Source: Chthoniobacteraceae bacterium
GTDB taxonomy: Bacteria > Verrucomicrobiota > Verrucomicrobiia > Chthoniobacterales > Chthoniobacteraceae
Assembly: GCA_031409655.1 (NCBI GenBank)
Contig: JANNXQ010000203.1
Coordinates: 1 to 17,687, forward strand
Length of the DNA stretch: 17,687 nucleotides
Direction of reading: 5' to 3'
Shown here: positions 1-8,730 of the stretch, piece after piece
How positions within the stretch are numbered: the first letter of the stretch is position 1
Layout: every line of letters starts with the position of its first letter
Program-made: the position numbers and the translations under genes
The notes under the pieces: generated by a model
Database searches by the model: none
Seen by the model: the letters and a program-made list of their open reading frames with translations, nothing else
Told to the model about the DNA's origin: nothing

Positions 1-1774
1 CCGCGCGCGGCTCGCCGTAGAGCTTGCCGTTGCCATGCACGTCCACATCGAAGTGGCAGTCCACGCACTGCATGCCTTTGGCCAGATGGATGTCCTTGAG
101 ATGCACGGCTTGGGCGAACTTCTTCGGGTCGTCGTGCGGGATGATCTGGTCGTCCAGGTCGCGCAAAATGCCCTGGCGATCCTTCTTGAAGACCGCGCGG
201 AAGACCCAGCCGTGTCCGTGGTAATCCGCGAACTGCGTCTGCTTGAGCTGCGGGTTCAACTCGGAGACGCGTTCCAGAAAATCATTGTCGCCCCACTTGC
301 CGCGCGTGGCGGCCTCCTCGGGATTCTGGCGCAGCGCGGCCAGCCGTTCCGACTCGGTCGGGTTCTTCTGCTTCTTGGGATACATGAACTCGCCGTCGCT
401 TTCCTGATCCCACCAAGTGTAGCCGAGGTAGGGATTCACGAAGAGGTTGCCTTGGTGCATGTGACAATTCATGCACTGCGAACTCGGAATCGAGCGGGTG
501 AATTGATGGATGATCGGATGTCCACGCTCCGTCTTGGAAATGGTGGGATCCTTGGAAAAGCTCAGCCCTTGGTTGCCAAACTTGCACCACCAGCCGGAGT
601 TACTCGGCGAACGGTCATTGGCATAGACAACGTGGCAGGCGGTGCAGCCGCTCGATCGGTAATCGCCGGGGCGGTCGTTCGAACCCATGAAGCCGAGCAA
701 CGGATCGTGCAGCCGCGTTTTCTGGGCTCCGAGAAAGATCGGATCGGTGCGGTTCAGCGTTCCCAACCCGCGGGCGGAGAGCCGTCGTTCCGGGCGACCT
801 GGGGGCTCGTCGAGAGTGGGGACGCCAAGCACTAAAGGTTCGAAGCCGCCCTTTTCAAAGATTCGGAAGACGTTGCCCGGCTGGGCGACATTGAAGCGGG
901 GCAGGGGAACAAGCGCGGGCAGGATGCCGAGCGTGCGGGTTTCTTCCGCAGTCGGGACAAAGGGATTGTCGAGCCGCAGCGCGATCCCGTCCTGGCCATA
1001 GGCCTGGCCGACGATGGCGTCCTTCTTATTGATCGCGCCATTATTGTAGGCCGCGGCGTTCCAGAGCATCGCGCCGTGATTCATCATCGAGTGGCCGACC
1101 CGCTCGACGATGTCGCCATGGCACGCGCCGCACGCCTGCTCGGCGGCGCGCAGATCGCCCGGGTTCACGAAACGGATAAACTCGGGCGATTCGTGATTGA
1201 GCACCACGGTCGAATTCACGGGGTTCGCCGACGTGACCCAAAACTCAGGATTCAGCGGCTGGACGTGGGCTTTCGCGATCGAGAGGCCGCGCGCGGGATC
1301 CCCACCGTGACAGTCCGTGCAACCGAGGACTACCGCCGGAGAAGCATGCATGGTATGCGCGTCGGTGGTCGTATGGCAATCGATGCATCCCGCGCTCTTG
1401 CGCTGGGCCTCGGCGAACGGTTGGTCGATGAGGGTGTAAGGTGGACGTTGTCCAGTGGGTCGAGGCACTGGCACCGCGACCGGAGGTCCGAGCCCAGTGC
1501 CGATGAGGGTTTCCGGACCGGAACGGGATTTCCCGGGCAGGGGCAGCGGGGGATGAGACGCCGCTGGCGGCACGGCAATTTTCGGACCGGTTCCGGAGCC
1601 CGGTTTCGCCGCTGGCCCGGGTAACTTCGGATCGGGTATGGGCGCGGGGATCACGGTATTCTCTGGGACCGATGTCGGAGGACCGAGACCTCCCTCCACC
1701 TGCGCAAAAGCAGCGCCACCAAGCCACCAAGCAAGAAGGAAGGCCGCCCCCGCCTGAACAAGCAAGACTCTCAC
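1..1774 (-). CDS. Secreted multiheme c-type cytochrome (at least 6 CxxCH), 3' end beyond window edge
   Basis: Not in the ORF track (no stop in window). Manual translation from GTG 1774 gives [25 protein letters not shown] (Sec-like signal), a Pro-rich linker, then CIDCH (1373-1387), CTDCH (1307-1321), CGACH (1118-1132), CTACH (632-646), CMNCH (461-475) and [14 protein letters not shown] (motif 53-67). The frame stays open to position 2 (...[11 protein letters not shown]). Confidence 0.93.
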   Translation of the reverse strand, partial: MRVLLVQAGAAFLLAWWLGGAAFAQVEGGLGPPTSVPENTVIPAPIPDPKLPGPAAKPGSGTGPKIAVPPAASHPPLPLPGKSRSGPETLIGTGLGPPVAVPVPRPTGQRPPYTLIDQPFAEAQRKSAGCIDCHTTTDAHTMHASPAVVLGCTDCHGGDPARGLSIAKAHVQPLNPEFWVTSANPVNSTVVLNHESPEFIRFVNPGDLRAAEQACGACHGDIVERVGHSMMNHGAMLWNAAAYNNGAINKKDAIVGQAYGQDGIALRLDNPFVPTAEETRTLGILPALVPLPRFNVAQPGNVFRIFEKGGFEPLVLGVPTLDEPPGRPERRLSARGLGTLNRTDPIFLGAQKTRLHDPLLGFMGSNDRPGDYRSSGCTACHVVYANDRSPSNSGWWCKFGNQGLSFSKDPTISKTERGHPIIHQFTRSIPSSQCMNCHMHQGNLFVNPYLGYTWWDQESDGEFMYPKKQKNPTESERLAALRQNPEEAATRGKWGDNDFLERVSELNPQLKQTQFADYHGHGWVFRAVFKKDRQGILRDLDDQIIPHDDPKKFAQAVHLKDIHLAKGMQCVDCHFDVDVHGNGKLYGEPRA

Positions 1775-1775
1775 T

Positions 1776-4166
1776 TTAGTAGAGAAACGTAAGCGTGAAA
1801 AAGCCATTGTATAAGTAACGGTCAGTTTTACCGCGATCATCCTGATCGCCGAATCCCGGCACTGGCGCGGTGCTCCGGCGGTAGATGTCTTTGTATCCGT
1901 TGCCGGGGAAGAAGAAGCCGACGCCCGCAGAGACGATGATGTTATCCGTGAGCAGCGGTCGGAATTTGAAACCGACGCTGGCATCGAGCCCGAGATCGTG
2001 ACTGGCGCGATCCGTCATGAGCGCGACTTCCACGGGTTTCGTTTCGGCCAGCCAGATGTAGTTCACATTGAGAAACGCCTTCAGCTTCGGCGTCACATCG
2101 ATGTCCGAACCGATGCCGGCGATAAAGACTCCGGGATTGACGAAGTTGGACTGTCCTTCGGTCTTGCTGGTCCGCAGATTGGGCACGAGAGAGTCGCGCT
2201 GTTTCAAGTTCACCGCCGTGCCGCCAAAATTGATCCCCTCGTGGACGTACCAACTGAACGGCCCGCCGATGAAGAAGGGATTGTCGAGGATACTGTCGAA
2301 GCCGCGCGCGGTGCGATCGGTCGGATTGGAATCGCCGCTGGCGTAGAAGCCCGAAAGCTTGAAGCGAATCCAATCGCGATCGTAGCTGAGTTCGGCCGCC
2401 GCCATTTGCGCGTTGATATCCACCCGGCGCCCCGCCAGCGAGTTAAACTCGTCTTCGCCGAATACCTGGTAGAACGCATGGGTGATGTTCAGCCTCCCGA
2501 TGTGGCCGTCGCCGGTCCAGCCGAGATACGCCGCCTTGACATCGTGTCCCCGCAGCCGGCCTTGCTTGTCCACTGGGATCGTCCCGAGAATCTGCGGACG
2601 GGTGAGGAAGGTGTTCTTATCGTAGTGAACGCCCCCGTCATCGAGGTTCAGGTGGAAGTTCAGTTGCGCCGTGTAACCCTTCCAGATGAAGTCCTGGCGG
2701 AACACATTGGCGATCACTACCTGCTGTTTCCGGGAGTCGAGCATGTTCAGATCGGAGTAAGTGTCCTTCTCCCGCATGTTGAAATACGCGAGGTTGTATT
2801 GGACCCGGTTATTGTCGTAGTTGCCGAAAATCCGCGCCCCGAGATTGGTATCGGCAAAGATAAACCCGCGGAAATCCGAGACGAAGGGCTGGATCCCGAA
2901 ACGGGACGAGACAAAGTCGTAGTTGTCGGAAATATCGCCGAAGTGCAGTTCGCCGAACACTTCCTGCAGGGCGAAGAAATTCCGGTAGCGTTTCGTGTAA
3001 CGCAATCCGCTCCGGTCACCGTCACCTCCCTTGCCACTCCCCAGCTTCTTTCCCGCTGCGATTTCCTGGGTTCTGGGATCCACCTTGACCAATTCCCGCG
3101 CATCGCCAATCGGCCTCAACTGGTCGGCGAGGTAGTTGAAGGCGTCGCCGGGATTCACGTTGCTGGTGAAGAAGCCAGGATTTCCGGCCTGGGGAGAGAC
3201 GTTCCCTTGCACGGTCGGGATCGCTTGGATGCGTCCGGTGTTTGGCGCGCTCCGGTCCTTGAAGTCCACCCCGCGCGGGTCGGGATCGAGCAGGTTGTTT
3301 TCGCGCACGCGCGTCCAGTTGTTGTTATACACCGCATTCACGCGGATGAGCCAATGGACCGGTTTGAAGGCCGTCTCGCCCTGGAAGAGATCGAAAGCGA
3401 GAGAAGTGTCGTTGGAGACAAAGAACTGTTCGCCGCGCCCAAAGAACTCCGCGTTATTGGGCAGCGCGCCGCTCACGCCGCTGCCTACGGGCAGCTTGCG
3501 TCCCTCCACGAGGGTGAAGTTTTTCGCCGTAAGATTGAGGAAGATGTCCTGCCCGATGATGGGCACGTCGCCCTTCAGGGTGCTCTGCCGATACGGATGC
3601 CAGAGCAGCGGCGTGTCATACATGTAAGGCGTCTCGGTCGAGGGATCGCGATAGCGCTGCCAATGAGGGAAGGGCAGCAACCAGCGATTCGGCACCCCTT
3701 TCGCATTGGGCAGAAATCCGAGCCCCTCGCGCCCGAGCGGATAGGAGCGATAGGAAAAAGTCTTTCGCACCGGATCGAGTCCGAGCACCGCGTTGCGGGG
3801 GAGTCGCAGCTCCCTGGGGAGCCGCCGCGCGGCTTGGGGTGGTTGGAGCGGCACTTCCGGAAAAAGGTAAAGCTGGTCGGGATCCGTCGGCGGGTCAGAC
3901 GCCGGTGCAGCCGGCTGGTTCCATGCTCCCGGATCAGGATTGAACTGAGCCGGGGATTTTGGCGGCTCACTCTGTGGGGCAACTCGGGAGTCGGCTTCGT
4001 CCGGTGCGAAGAAGGGGCGAAGGATGGCCTTCGGCGGACGGAATCTCCCCCGCATTTCGGCCGCGCCAAAACAGTTTCCCGAGGCAAGCGTCGCCAAAAT
4101 CACTCCCGCGTAAAGCGGGCAGCGGCGACCGCAATGCACCGAGACGGGGTTCGCACCGAATTTCAT
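1776..4166 (-). CDS. Large predicted outer-membrane beta-barrel protein (porin-like), function unknown
   Basis: Long ORF (track 1776..4211); ATG 4166 or 4181 is a more plausible start. Hydrophobic signal-like stretch ([17 protein letters not shown]), Pro-rich N-terminal region, many alternating aromatic/hydrophobic strands (e.g. [34 protein letters not shown]) and C-terminus [11 protein letters not shown] ending in an aromatic residue like a BAM beta-signal. Confidence 0.82.
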   Translation of the reverse strand: MKFGANPVSVHCGRRCPLYAGVILATLASGNCFGAAEMRGRFRPPKAILRPFFAPDEADSRVAPQSEPPKSPAQFNPDPGAWNQPAAPASDPPTDPDQLYLFPEVPLQPPQAARRLPRELRLPRNAVLGLDPVRKTFSYRSYPLGREGLGFLPNAKGVPNRWLLPFPHWQRYRDPSTETPYMYDTPLLWHPYRQSTLKGDVPIIGQDIFLNLTAKNFTLVEGRKLPVGSGVSGALPNNAEFFGRGEQFFVSNDTSLAFDLFQGETAFKPVHWLIRVNAVYNNNWTRVRENNLLDPDPRGVDFKDRSAPNTGRIQAIPTVQGNVSPQAGNPGFFTSNVNPGDAFNYLADQLRPIGDARELVKVDPRTQEIAAGKKLGSGKGGDGDRSGLRYTKRYRNFFALQEVFGELHFGDISDNYDFVSSRFGIQPFVSDFRGFIFADTNLGARIFGNYDNNRVQYNLAYFNMREKDTYSDLNMLDSRKQQVVIANVFRQDFIWKGYTAQLNFHLNLDDGGVHYDKNTFLTRPQILGTIPVDKQGRLRGHDVKAAYLGWTGDGHIGRLNITHAFYQVFGEDEFNSLAGRRVDINAQMAAAELSYDRDWIRFKLSGFYASGDSNPTDRTARGFDSILDNPFFIGGPFSWYVHEGINFGGTAVNLKQRDSLVPNLRTSKTEGQSNFVNPGVFIAGIGSDIDVTPKLKAFLNVNYIWLAETKPVEVALMTDRASHDLGLDASVGFKFRPLLTDNIIVSAGVGFFFPGNGYKDIYRRSTAPVPGFGDQDDRGKTDRYLYNGFFTLTFLY

Positions 4167-4328
4167 GGCACGGGAATTCATACGTGCCCGCGCGGGTCCG
4201 CTACAATTCAAAACAGTGGACGAGGGCGCGTGGGTTTTGTCGGCGTCCGAGTGCGGCTTGCGGTGGCCCCAGGTCGGAGGTGACGGGCGCGCGGAGATTT
4301 CCTCTCTTTAATCGGGTGACTGCGGGAT

Positions 4329-4355
4329 TTGCTCGGGGCAAGATTCACCCATAAT
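4329..4355 (+). promoter_or_regulatory. Putative sigma70-type promoter for the Gfo/Idh/MocA gene (possibly leaderless)
   Basis: TTGCTC (4329-4334), 15 nt, CATAAT (4350-4355); ATG follows 6 nt later at 4362; no SD. Confidence 0.4.
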
Positions 4356-4361
4356 TTTCCG

Positions 4362-5666
4362 ATGGCCGTTCCTCCTATTTCCCGTCGTCGTTTTATCCAA
4401 AGCTCCAGTCGCGCGCTTGCGGCCGTGGGCGCGGCCTCTCTGGCAGTGGAGCGATCGGCGTTTGCCGCGGGTGGGGACAAGCTGAAGCTCGCGCTCATCG
4501 GCTGTGGTGGGCGCGGGAGGGGGGCGGCGGGGCAGGCGCTCTCGGCGGAGAAAGGCGTGGAACTCGTGGCCATGGCGGATCTTTTCCCGGCCCGCCTCGA
4601 GCTCAGCTTAAAGACCTTGAGTGCCGCCCATCCGGAGCAGATGGCGATCAGCGACTCGTCGAAGTTCATCGGCTTCGATGCGTACAAGGACGCGATCAAG
4701 ATGGCCGATGTCGTCGTGCTGACCACGCCGCCCGGCTTCCGCGCGATCCACTTTGAGGAAGCGGTGAAGCAGGGCAAACACGCCTTTCTCGAGAAGCCCG
4801 TAGCGGTCGATGCGCCGGGAGTGCGTCGCGTGCTCGCCGCCGCGGCGGAGGCGAAAAAGAAGGGGCTGAAAGTCGGCGTCGGTTTTCAGCGGCATCATCA
4901 GCCGGCGTATCACGAAGCCATGGAACTGGTGCGCGACGGCGCGATCGGCGATCTCACTTCCATGAGCGTTTACTGGCTTGGGAATGCCCGCGCTGGACTG
5001 CAGCGCGAACCCGGCGAGACCGAGATGCACTACCAGCTTCGCAACTGGTACTTCTTCACCTGGCTCTCTGGCGATCACATCGTCGAGCAGCACTGTCATA
5101 ATATCGACGCTGCGCTGTGGTTCAAAGGCGCGCACCCGGCGCGGGCTCAGGGCATGGGCGGGCGGCAGGTGCGCATTGGCAAGGAGCACGGCTGCATCTT
5201 CGATCATCATTTCGTGGAGTATGAATTTGACGACGGCATGAGGCTCTACAGCCAGAGTCGGCAGGGACAGGTGGGCGCCTTTTCCAAGATCGGCGAACGC
5301 ATCGAAGGGACCAAAGGCGTGCTCGATACCTCGCGCTTCACCATCACCGGTGCCAATCCCTGGCGCTACCGCGACGAAATCGGCGGCGCCAAAGACGCCT
5401 TTCAACTTGAGCACAACGACTTCTTCGCCGCGATCCGCGCGGACACCGATTACAATGAAGCGGAACGCAGCGCCATCAGCACGATGACGGCCATCATGGG
5501 TCGCATGGCGACATACTCGGGGAAGATGGTCGAATGGGACGAAGCCATGAAATCCCCCCTCGAACTCGGCCCTAAAGTTTTCTCCTGGGAAGCCGAGCCA
5601 CCCGTCCTGCCGGGTGCTGATGGCTTTTACCCCGTGGCCATCCCCGGACGCACCGTCGCACTCTGA
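4362..5666 (+). CDS. Tat-exported Gfo/Idh/MocA family NAD(P)-dependent oxidoreductase
   Basis: Twin-arginine signal SRRRFIQ...AFA; Rossmann motif LIGCGGRGRG; conserved EKP motif; DHIVEQHCHNID segment; start trimmed to ATG 4362. Confidence 0.92.
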   Translation: MAVPPISRRRFIQSSSRALAAVGAASLAVERSAFAAGGDKLKLALIGCGGRGRGAAGQALSAEKGVELVAMADLFPARLELSLKTLSAAHPEQMAISDSSKFIGFDAYKDAIKMADVVVLTTPPGFRAIHFEEAVKQGKHAFLEKPVAVDAPGVRRVLAAAAEAKKKGLKVGVGFQRHHQPAYHEAMELVRDGAIGDLTSMSVYWLGNARAGLQREPGETEMHYQLRNWYFFTWLSGDHIVEQHCHNIDAALWFKGAHPARAQGMGGRQVRIGKEHGCIFDHHFVEYEFDDGMRLYSQSRQGQVGAFSKIGERIEGTKGVLDTSRFTITGANPWRYRDEIGGAKDAFQLEHNDFFAAIRADTDYNEAERSAISTMTAIMGRMATYSGKMVEWDEAMKSPLELGPKVFSWEAEPPVLPGADGFYPVAIPGRTVAL

Positions 5667-6015
5667 AAAGGTCCGCTCCACTTTCCCGCCGGGCGTTTCT
5701 CCGCCAGAACGCGCTCGCTGCTGGTGGCCCAGTGACTCGGTCAGGCTCCGGGCTTCCCGCGGCGTTTTGAGAGCAGTAAGTGCGAACTCGTCCGTGACCC
5801 GCAGAAGCGGGCGCTGATCCGGCGGAGAAACCTGTCTTCAAGCCGCTTCCTGGCGCGGGCCTCGTGCAATCGAACGGCCTCATCTGCCACTCGAGTCCGG
5901 GGTGCGTGGGCTTTGGAAACATGTGGGGATCGCCATCCTCCCGGTCCCGATCGGCGTCTTTCACTGCTCGCGACCAGAGGTCGACGACCGCACAAAAAGA
6001 GAGTCGAGTAGGGTG

Positions 6016-7116
6016 ATGAGCGAACCCAAGACGAGCCAACCTGCCGTGCCAGCCGCGGGCGAATGGGGATCGCGTAGTCAGGTTCAGGTGCTCGTCCTGC
6101 TCGTGGCGACTGCCTTCGGGATCTTTGTCTGTTACAAGCTGGCCTTGCCCTTCTTGCCGCCGCTCGTCTGGTCGGCGGCGCTGGCGGTTTTGTTCGCGCC
6201 ATTCCACGGTTGGCTTCAGTCAAAGGTCCAGCACCCCGGCGCGGCGGCGGGCAGCGCCGTGCTGGTCGTGATTTTGATCGTCGCCGTGCCCGGAACGTTC
6301 GTGGGGCACCGGCTGATCACGGAGTCCGCGCGCGGTGCGGAGATCGTTCAGAAAAAGGTGGAATCGGGCGAGTGGCGGCAGGCGATCGAAGCGCAGCCGC
6401 GTCTCGCACCGCTCGCGGGCTGGATCGAAGAAAAAGTGGACCTGCCCGGGACGTTCCGCACTCTCGCCGCGTGGCTGGCTGCAATGGCCGGTTCAATCGT
6501 TCGCGGATCGGTCGTCCAGATCATCGGTTTCGCGCTGACCTTCTATCTCCTCTTCTATTTCCTGCGCGACCGCCGCGCGGCGCTCGGCTCGGTACGCTCG
6601 TTGTCGCCTTTGGCGCCGCTGGAAATGGACCGGCTCTTCGCACGCATCGGGGACACCATTTTTGCCACTGTGTATGGGACCTTCGCCGTCGCTGCCGTGC
6701 AGGGGCTGCTGGGTGGGCTGATGTTTTGGTGGCTCGGGCTGCCGACGCCGCTGCTTTGGGGAGTGGTCATGGGGCTTCTGGCCGTGGTGCCCGTGCTCGG
6801 CGCCTTTGTCGTGTGGATTCCCGCGGCCATCTTTCTCGCGCTGGAGGGCAGTTGGGGCAAAGGGATCATCCTCACGGTGTGGGGCGGAGTCGTCGTCGCA
6901 GGGATCGATAATGTGCTCTACCCGATGCTCGTCGGGAGTCGGCTCAAAATGCACACTGTCCTCGCCTTTATCTCTGTGGTCGGCGGGCTCATGCTTTTCG
7001 GCCCGTCCGGTCTCATCCTCGGACCCGTGGCGCTCACGATCACCGTGGAACTCCTGGCCATCTGGCGCCATCGCGCCGAACCCTCGTCCGACCGCCAGAG
7101 TGCCTCGCTCGTCTGA
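6016..7116 (+). CDS. AI-2E family (PerM/UPF0118) transporter
   Basis: Multi-TM protein with typical segments (LPFLPPLVWSAALAVLFAP, FYLLFYFLRD, VPVLGAFVVWIPA, DNVLYP...G, GGLMLFGPSGLILGP); start trimmed to ATG 6016. Confidence 0.9.
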   Translation: MSEPKTSQPAVPAAGEWGSRSQVQVLVLLVATAFGIFVCYKLALPFLPPLVWSAALAVLFAPFHGWLQSKVQHPGAAAGSAVLVVILIVAVPGTFVGHRLITESARGAEIVQKKVESGEWRQAIEAQPRLAPLAGWIEEKVDLPGTFRTLAAWLAAMAGSIVRGSVVQIIGFALTFYLLFYFLRDRRAALGSVRSLSPLAPLEMDRLFARIGDTIFATVYGTFAVAAVQGLLGGLMFWWLGLPTPLLWGVVMGLLAVVPVLGAFVVWIPAAIFLALEGSWGKGIILTVWGGVVVAGIDNVLYPMLVGSRLKMHTVLAFISVVGGLMLFGPSGLILGPVALTITVELLAIWRHRAEPSSDRQSASLV

Positions 7117-7140
7117 CGCGAAATGCCTTCACCGGGTTGC

Positions 7141-7168
7141 TTGACATGCGAGGTTCGACCGCTAGTCT
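7141..7168 (+). promoter_or_regulatory. sigma70-type promoter of rpsT
   Basis: Perfect TTGACA (7141-7146), 16 nt, TAGTCT (7163-7168), 34 nt upstream of the rpsT ATG. Confidence 0.65.
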
Positions 7169-7202
7169 CCGCGTTCCTTTTCCCGAACTACCTCCACTCC
7201 TC

Positions 7203-7466
7203 ATGGCCAATACCAAGTCCGCAGCCAAACGCGCCCGTCAGACGGTGCGCCGCACCAAAGCCAACAGCCCCGTGCTCACGGCGGTGAAGACGCAGCTCAA
7301 AAAAGTGCGGACGGCAATCAAGGCCGGCAAGAAGGACGAAGCCAAGGTTGCGGCACAGGAATTCATCTCGACGATCGACAAGGCCGTGAAGGGTGGACGC
7401 GTGCATCGGAACTCGGCGAACCGCCACAAGAGCACGATCAGCAAGGCTCTTTCCGGCCTGAACTAA
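7203..7466 (+). CDS. rpsT: 30S ribosomal protein S20
   Basis: MANTKSAAKRARQTVRRTKAN...IDKAVKGGRVHRNSANRHKS matches the S20 pattern; 87 aa, basic. Confidence 0.96.
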   Translation: MANTKSAAKRARQTVRRTKANSPVLTAVKTQLKKVRTAIKAGKKDEAKVAAQEFISTIDKAVKGGRVHRNSANRHKSTISKALSGLN

Positions 7467-7535
7467 GCGGAGTCCGGCTCCGGTGTGGGCGGGTGGTTTG
7501 CGGGCCCATTTTCAGGGCACTGCCAGGCCCTGACG

Positions 7536-7922
7536 TCAGGAGGGGCTCGCGACGTTCAGGTTTTCGTCGTTCCGAAAGTCGGCCGCGATCCGCGGATGTG
7601 AAAATTCCCGGAGAGAAGGTCTGATCTCGTCCGGGAATTCGAGAAAGAGGAGGGTGGTCTCGTGGCGCTGGGCGCCGGTCGGTTCGCACCAGACGACGAT
7701 GCCTTCCAGTTGCACGCGACTGAGGCCGAGGCGCGGATGCATGTGGAGCAGGGCGACGACGAGTTGGGTGCCGATGCTGAAGGTCCAGCGGGAGGTGAAG
7801 CGCAGGCCGCGCTCGGAGATTTCCACCTCGCCGAGGCCGCATTGCTGTTCATCGTCCACTTCGTCCAAATAGATCGAGGCGACGGGTGCGGGGGACGGGG
7901 TTTCGGTCGCTGGGTCTGGCAT
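7536..7922 (-). CDS. Small PilZ-like domain protein (degenerate)
   Basis: EISERGLRF resembles the (D/N)xSxxG motif, followed by PilZ-type strands (FSIGTQLVV, LEGIVVWC, TTLLF). No RxxxR motif. ATG 7922 lies just downstream of a good promoter. Confidence 0.6.
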   Translation of the reverse strand: MPDPATETPSPAPVASIYLDEVDDEQQCGLGEVEISERGLRFTSRWTFSIGTQLVVALLHMHPRLGLSRVQLEGIVVWCEPTGAQRHETTLLFLEFPDEIRPSLREFSHPRIAADFRNDENLNVASPS

Positions 7923-7939
7923 AATCCGGTGGGCCTCGA

Positions 7940-7967
7940 AAAGTAGCACTGGTCAATGGTGTGTCAA
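7940..7967 (-). promoter_or_regulatory. sigma70-type promoter (extended -10) for the PilZ-like gene
   Basis: Minus strand reads TTGACA (7967-7962), 16 nt ending in TGc, TACTTT (7945-7940); 17 nt before ATG 7922. Confidence 0.6.
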
Positions 7968-7995
7968 AAGGGTCGTGGCATTTCGCGGTCCGAAA

Positions 7996-8730
7996 CTAGA
8001 TGGCTTCGAGTGTCGTCGTTGCATTTGCAGAAGTCTCGGCTTCGGCGAGGAGGCGCAAGGCCAGCCGGGCGAGGAGCCCCGTGACGAGGAGCGAAAGGGC
8101 GAGCCCACCGATCCAGAGCGCATATTCCAAGGGCGCGGGATGCGACTGGCCGCGCGCGACCTTGATGCTGAATTGCGCGAGCGTGCCAAGGTAGGCGTAG
8201 AGGAAGAGGCCGGGGGCCTGCCCGAGTGCGACCCAGAGGAGGCAGACGGCGAAGCGGATGCGGGTGACGCCGTAGAGGTAGTTCAGCAGGCTGGAGGGAA
8301 AGAGCGGATGGACCTGACTGAGGAAGATGATCTTCCAGCCGTCGCGGGCGATGGCCTCGTCGAGGGTGGCCCATTTGCGCTGCCGCAGAAATTTCCGCGC
8401 GACCCAGCCGCGGCCGAGTTTGCGGGCGAGGAGGAAGGCGATGGCCGCACCGAGGACGTTGCCCGTGACATTCAAAAGGAAGCCCCACCAGAGCCCGAAG
8501 AAAAGGCCGCTGCCGATGGCGAGCACGCCGCCGGGGAGGAGGAGGACATTGCACGTGGCGGAGAGCAGTGGGTAAAGCACGCCGCCCCAGAGTTGCATGG
8601 CGCAGAGTTGCTCCTGGGCGCGCGCGACGTAGTCGAGGATGGGGAAACGATGCCAGAGCCACGCGGCGAAGATGGCGGCGAAGCCCAGGCCGCAAAGTTG
8701 GACAGTGAGGGCGCGTTTGACCTGAGACAT
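7996..8730 (-). CDS. TVP38/TMEM64 (VTT/DedA superfamily) membrane protein
   Basis: LLLPGGVLAIGSGLFFGLWWG, GNVLGAAIAFLLARKLGR and HPLFPSSLLNYLYGVTRI match the family pattern. The start ATG overlaps the upstream stop (TGATG at 8728-8732). Confidence 0.88.
   Translation of the reverse strand: MSQVKRALTVQLCGLGFAAIFAAWLWHRFPILDYVARAQEQLCAMQLWGGVLYPLLSATCNVLLLPGGVLAIGSGLFFGLWWGFLLNVTGNVLGAAIAFLLARKLGRGWVARKFLRQRKWATLDEAIARDGWKIIFLSQVHPLFPSSLLNYLYGVTRIRFAVCLLWVALGQAPGLFLYAYLGTLAQFSIKVARGQSHPAPLEYALWIGGLALSLLVTGLLARLALRLLAEAETSANATTTLEAI

Noticed and set aside
35..1730. Track ORFs 35..835(+), 1076..1624(+), 282..590(-), 1245..1730(-) and other short ones
   Set aside because: Antisense or off-frame shadows of the real minus-strand cytochrome frame, which carries six heme motifs and a signal peptide.
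1998..4283. 761-aa plus-strand ORF
   Set aside because: Codon-aligned antisense shadow of the beta-barrel gene, common in GC-rich DNA; no recognisable motifs.
7467..7535. Terminator between rpsT and the PilZ-like gene
   Set aside because: Short stems exist (TCAGGGC/GCCCTGA 7512-7533; TGGGC/GCCCA-TTTT), but none combines a strong stem with a convincing U-tract.
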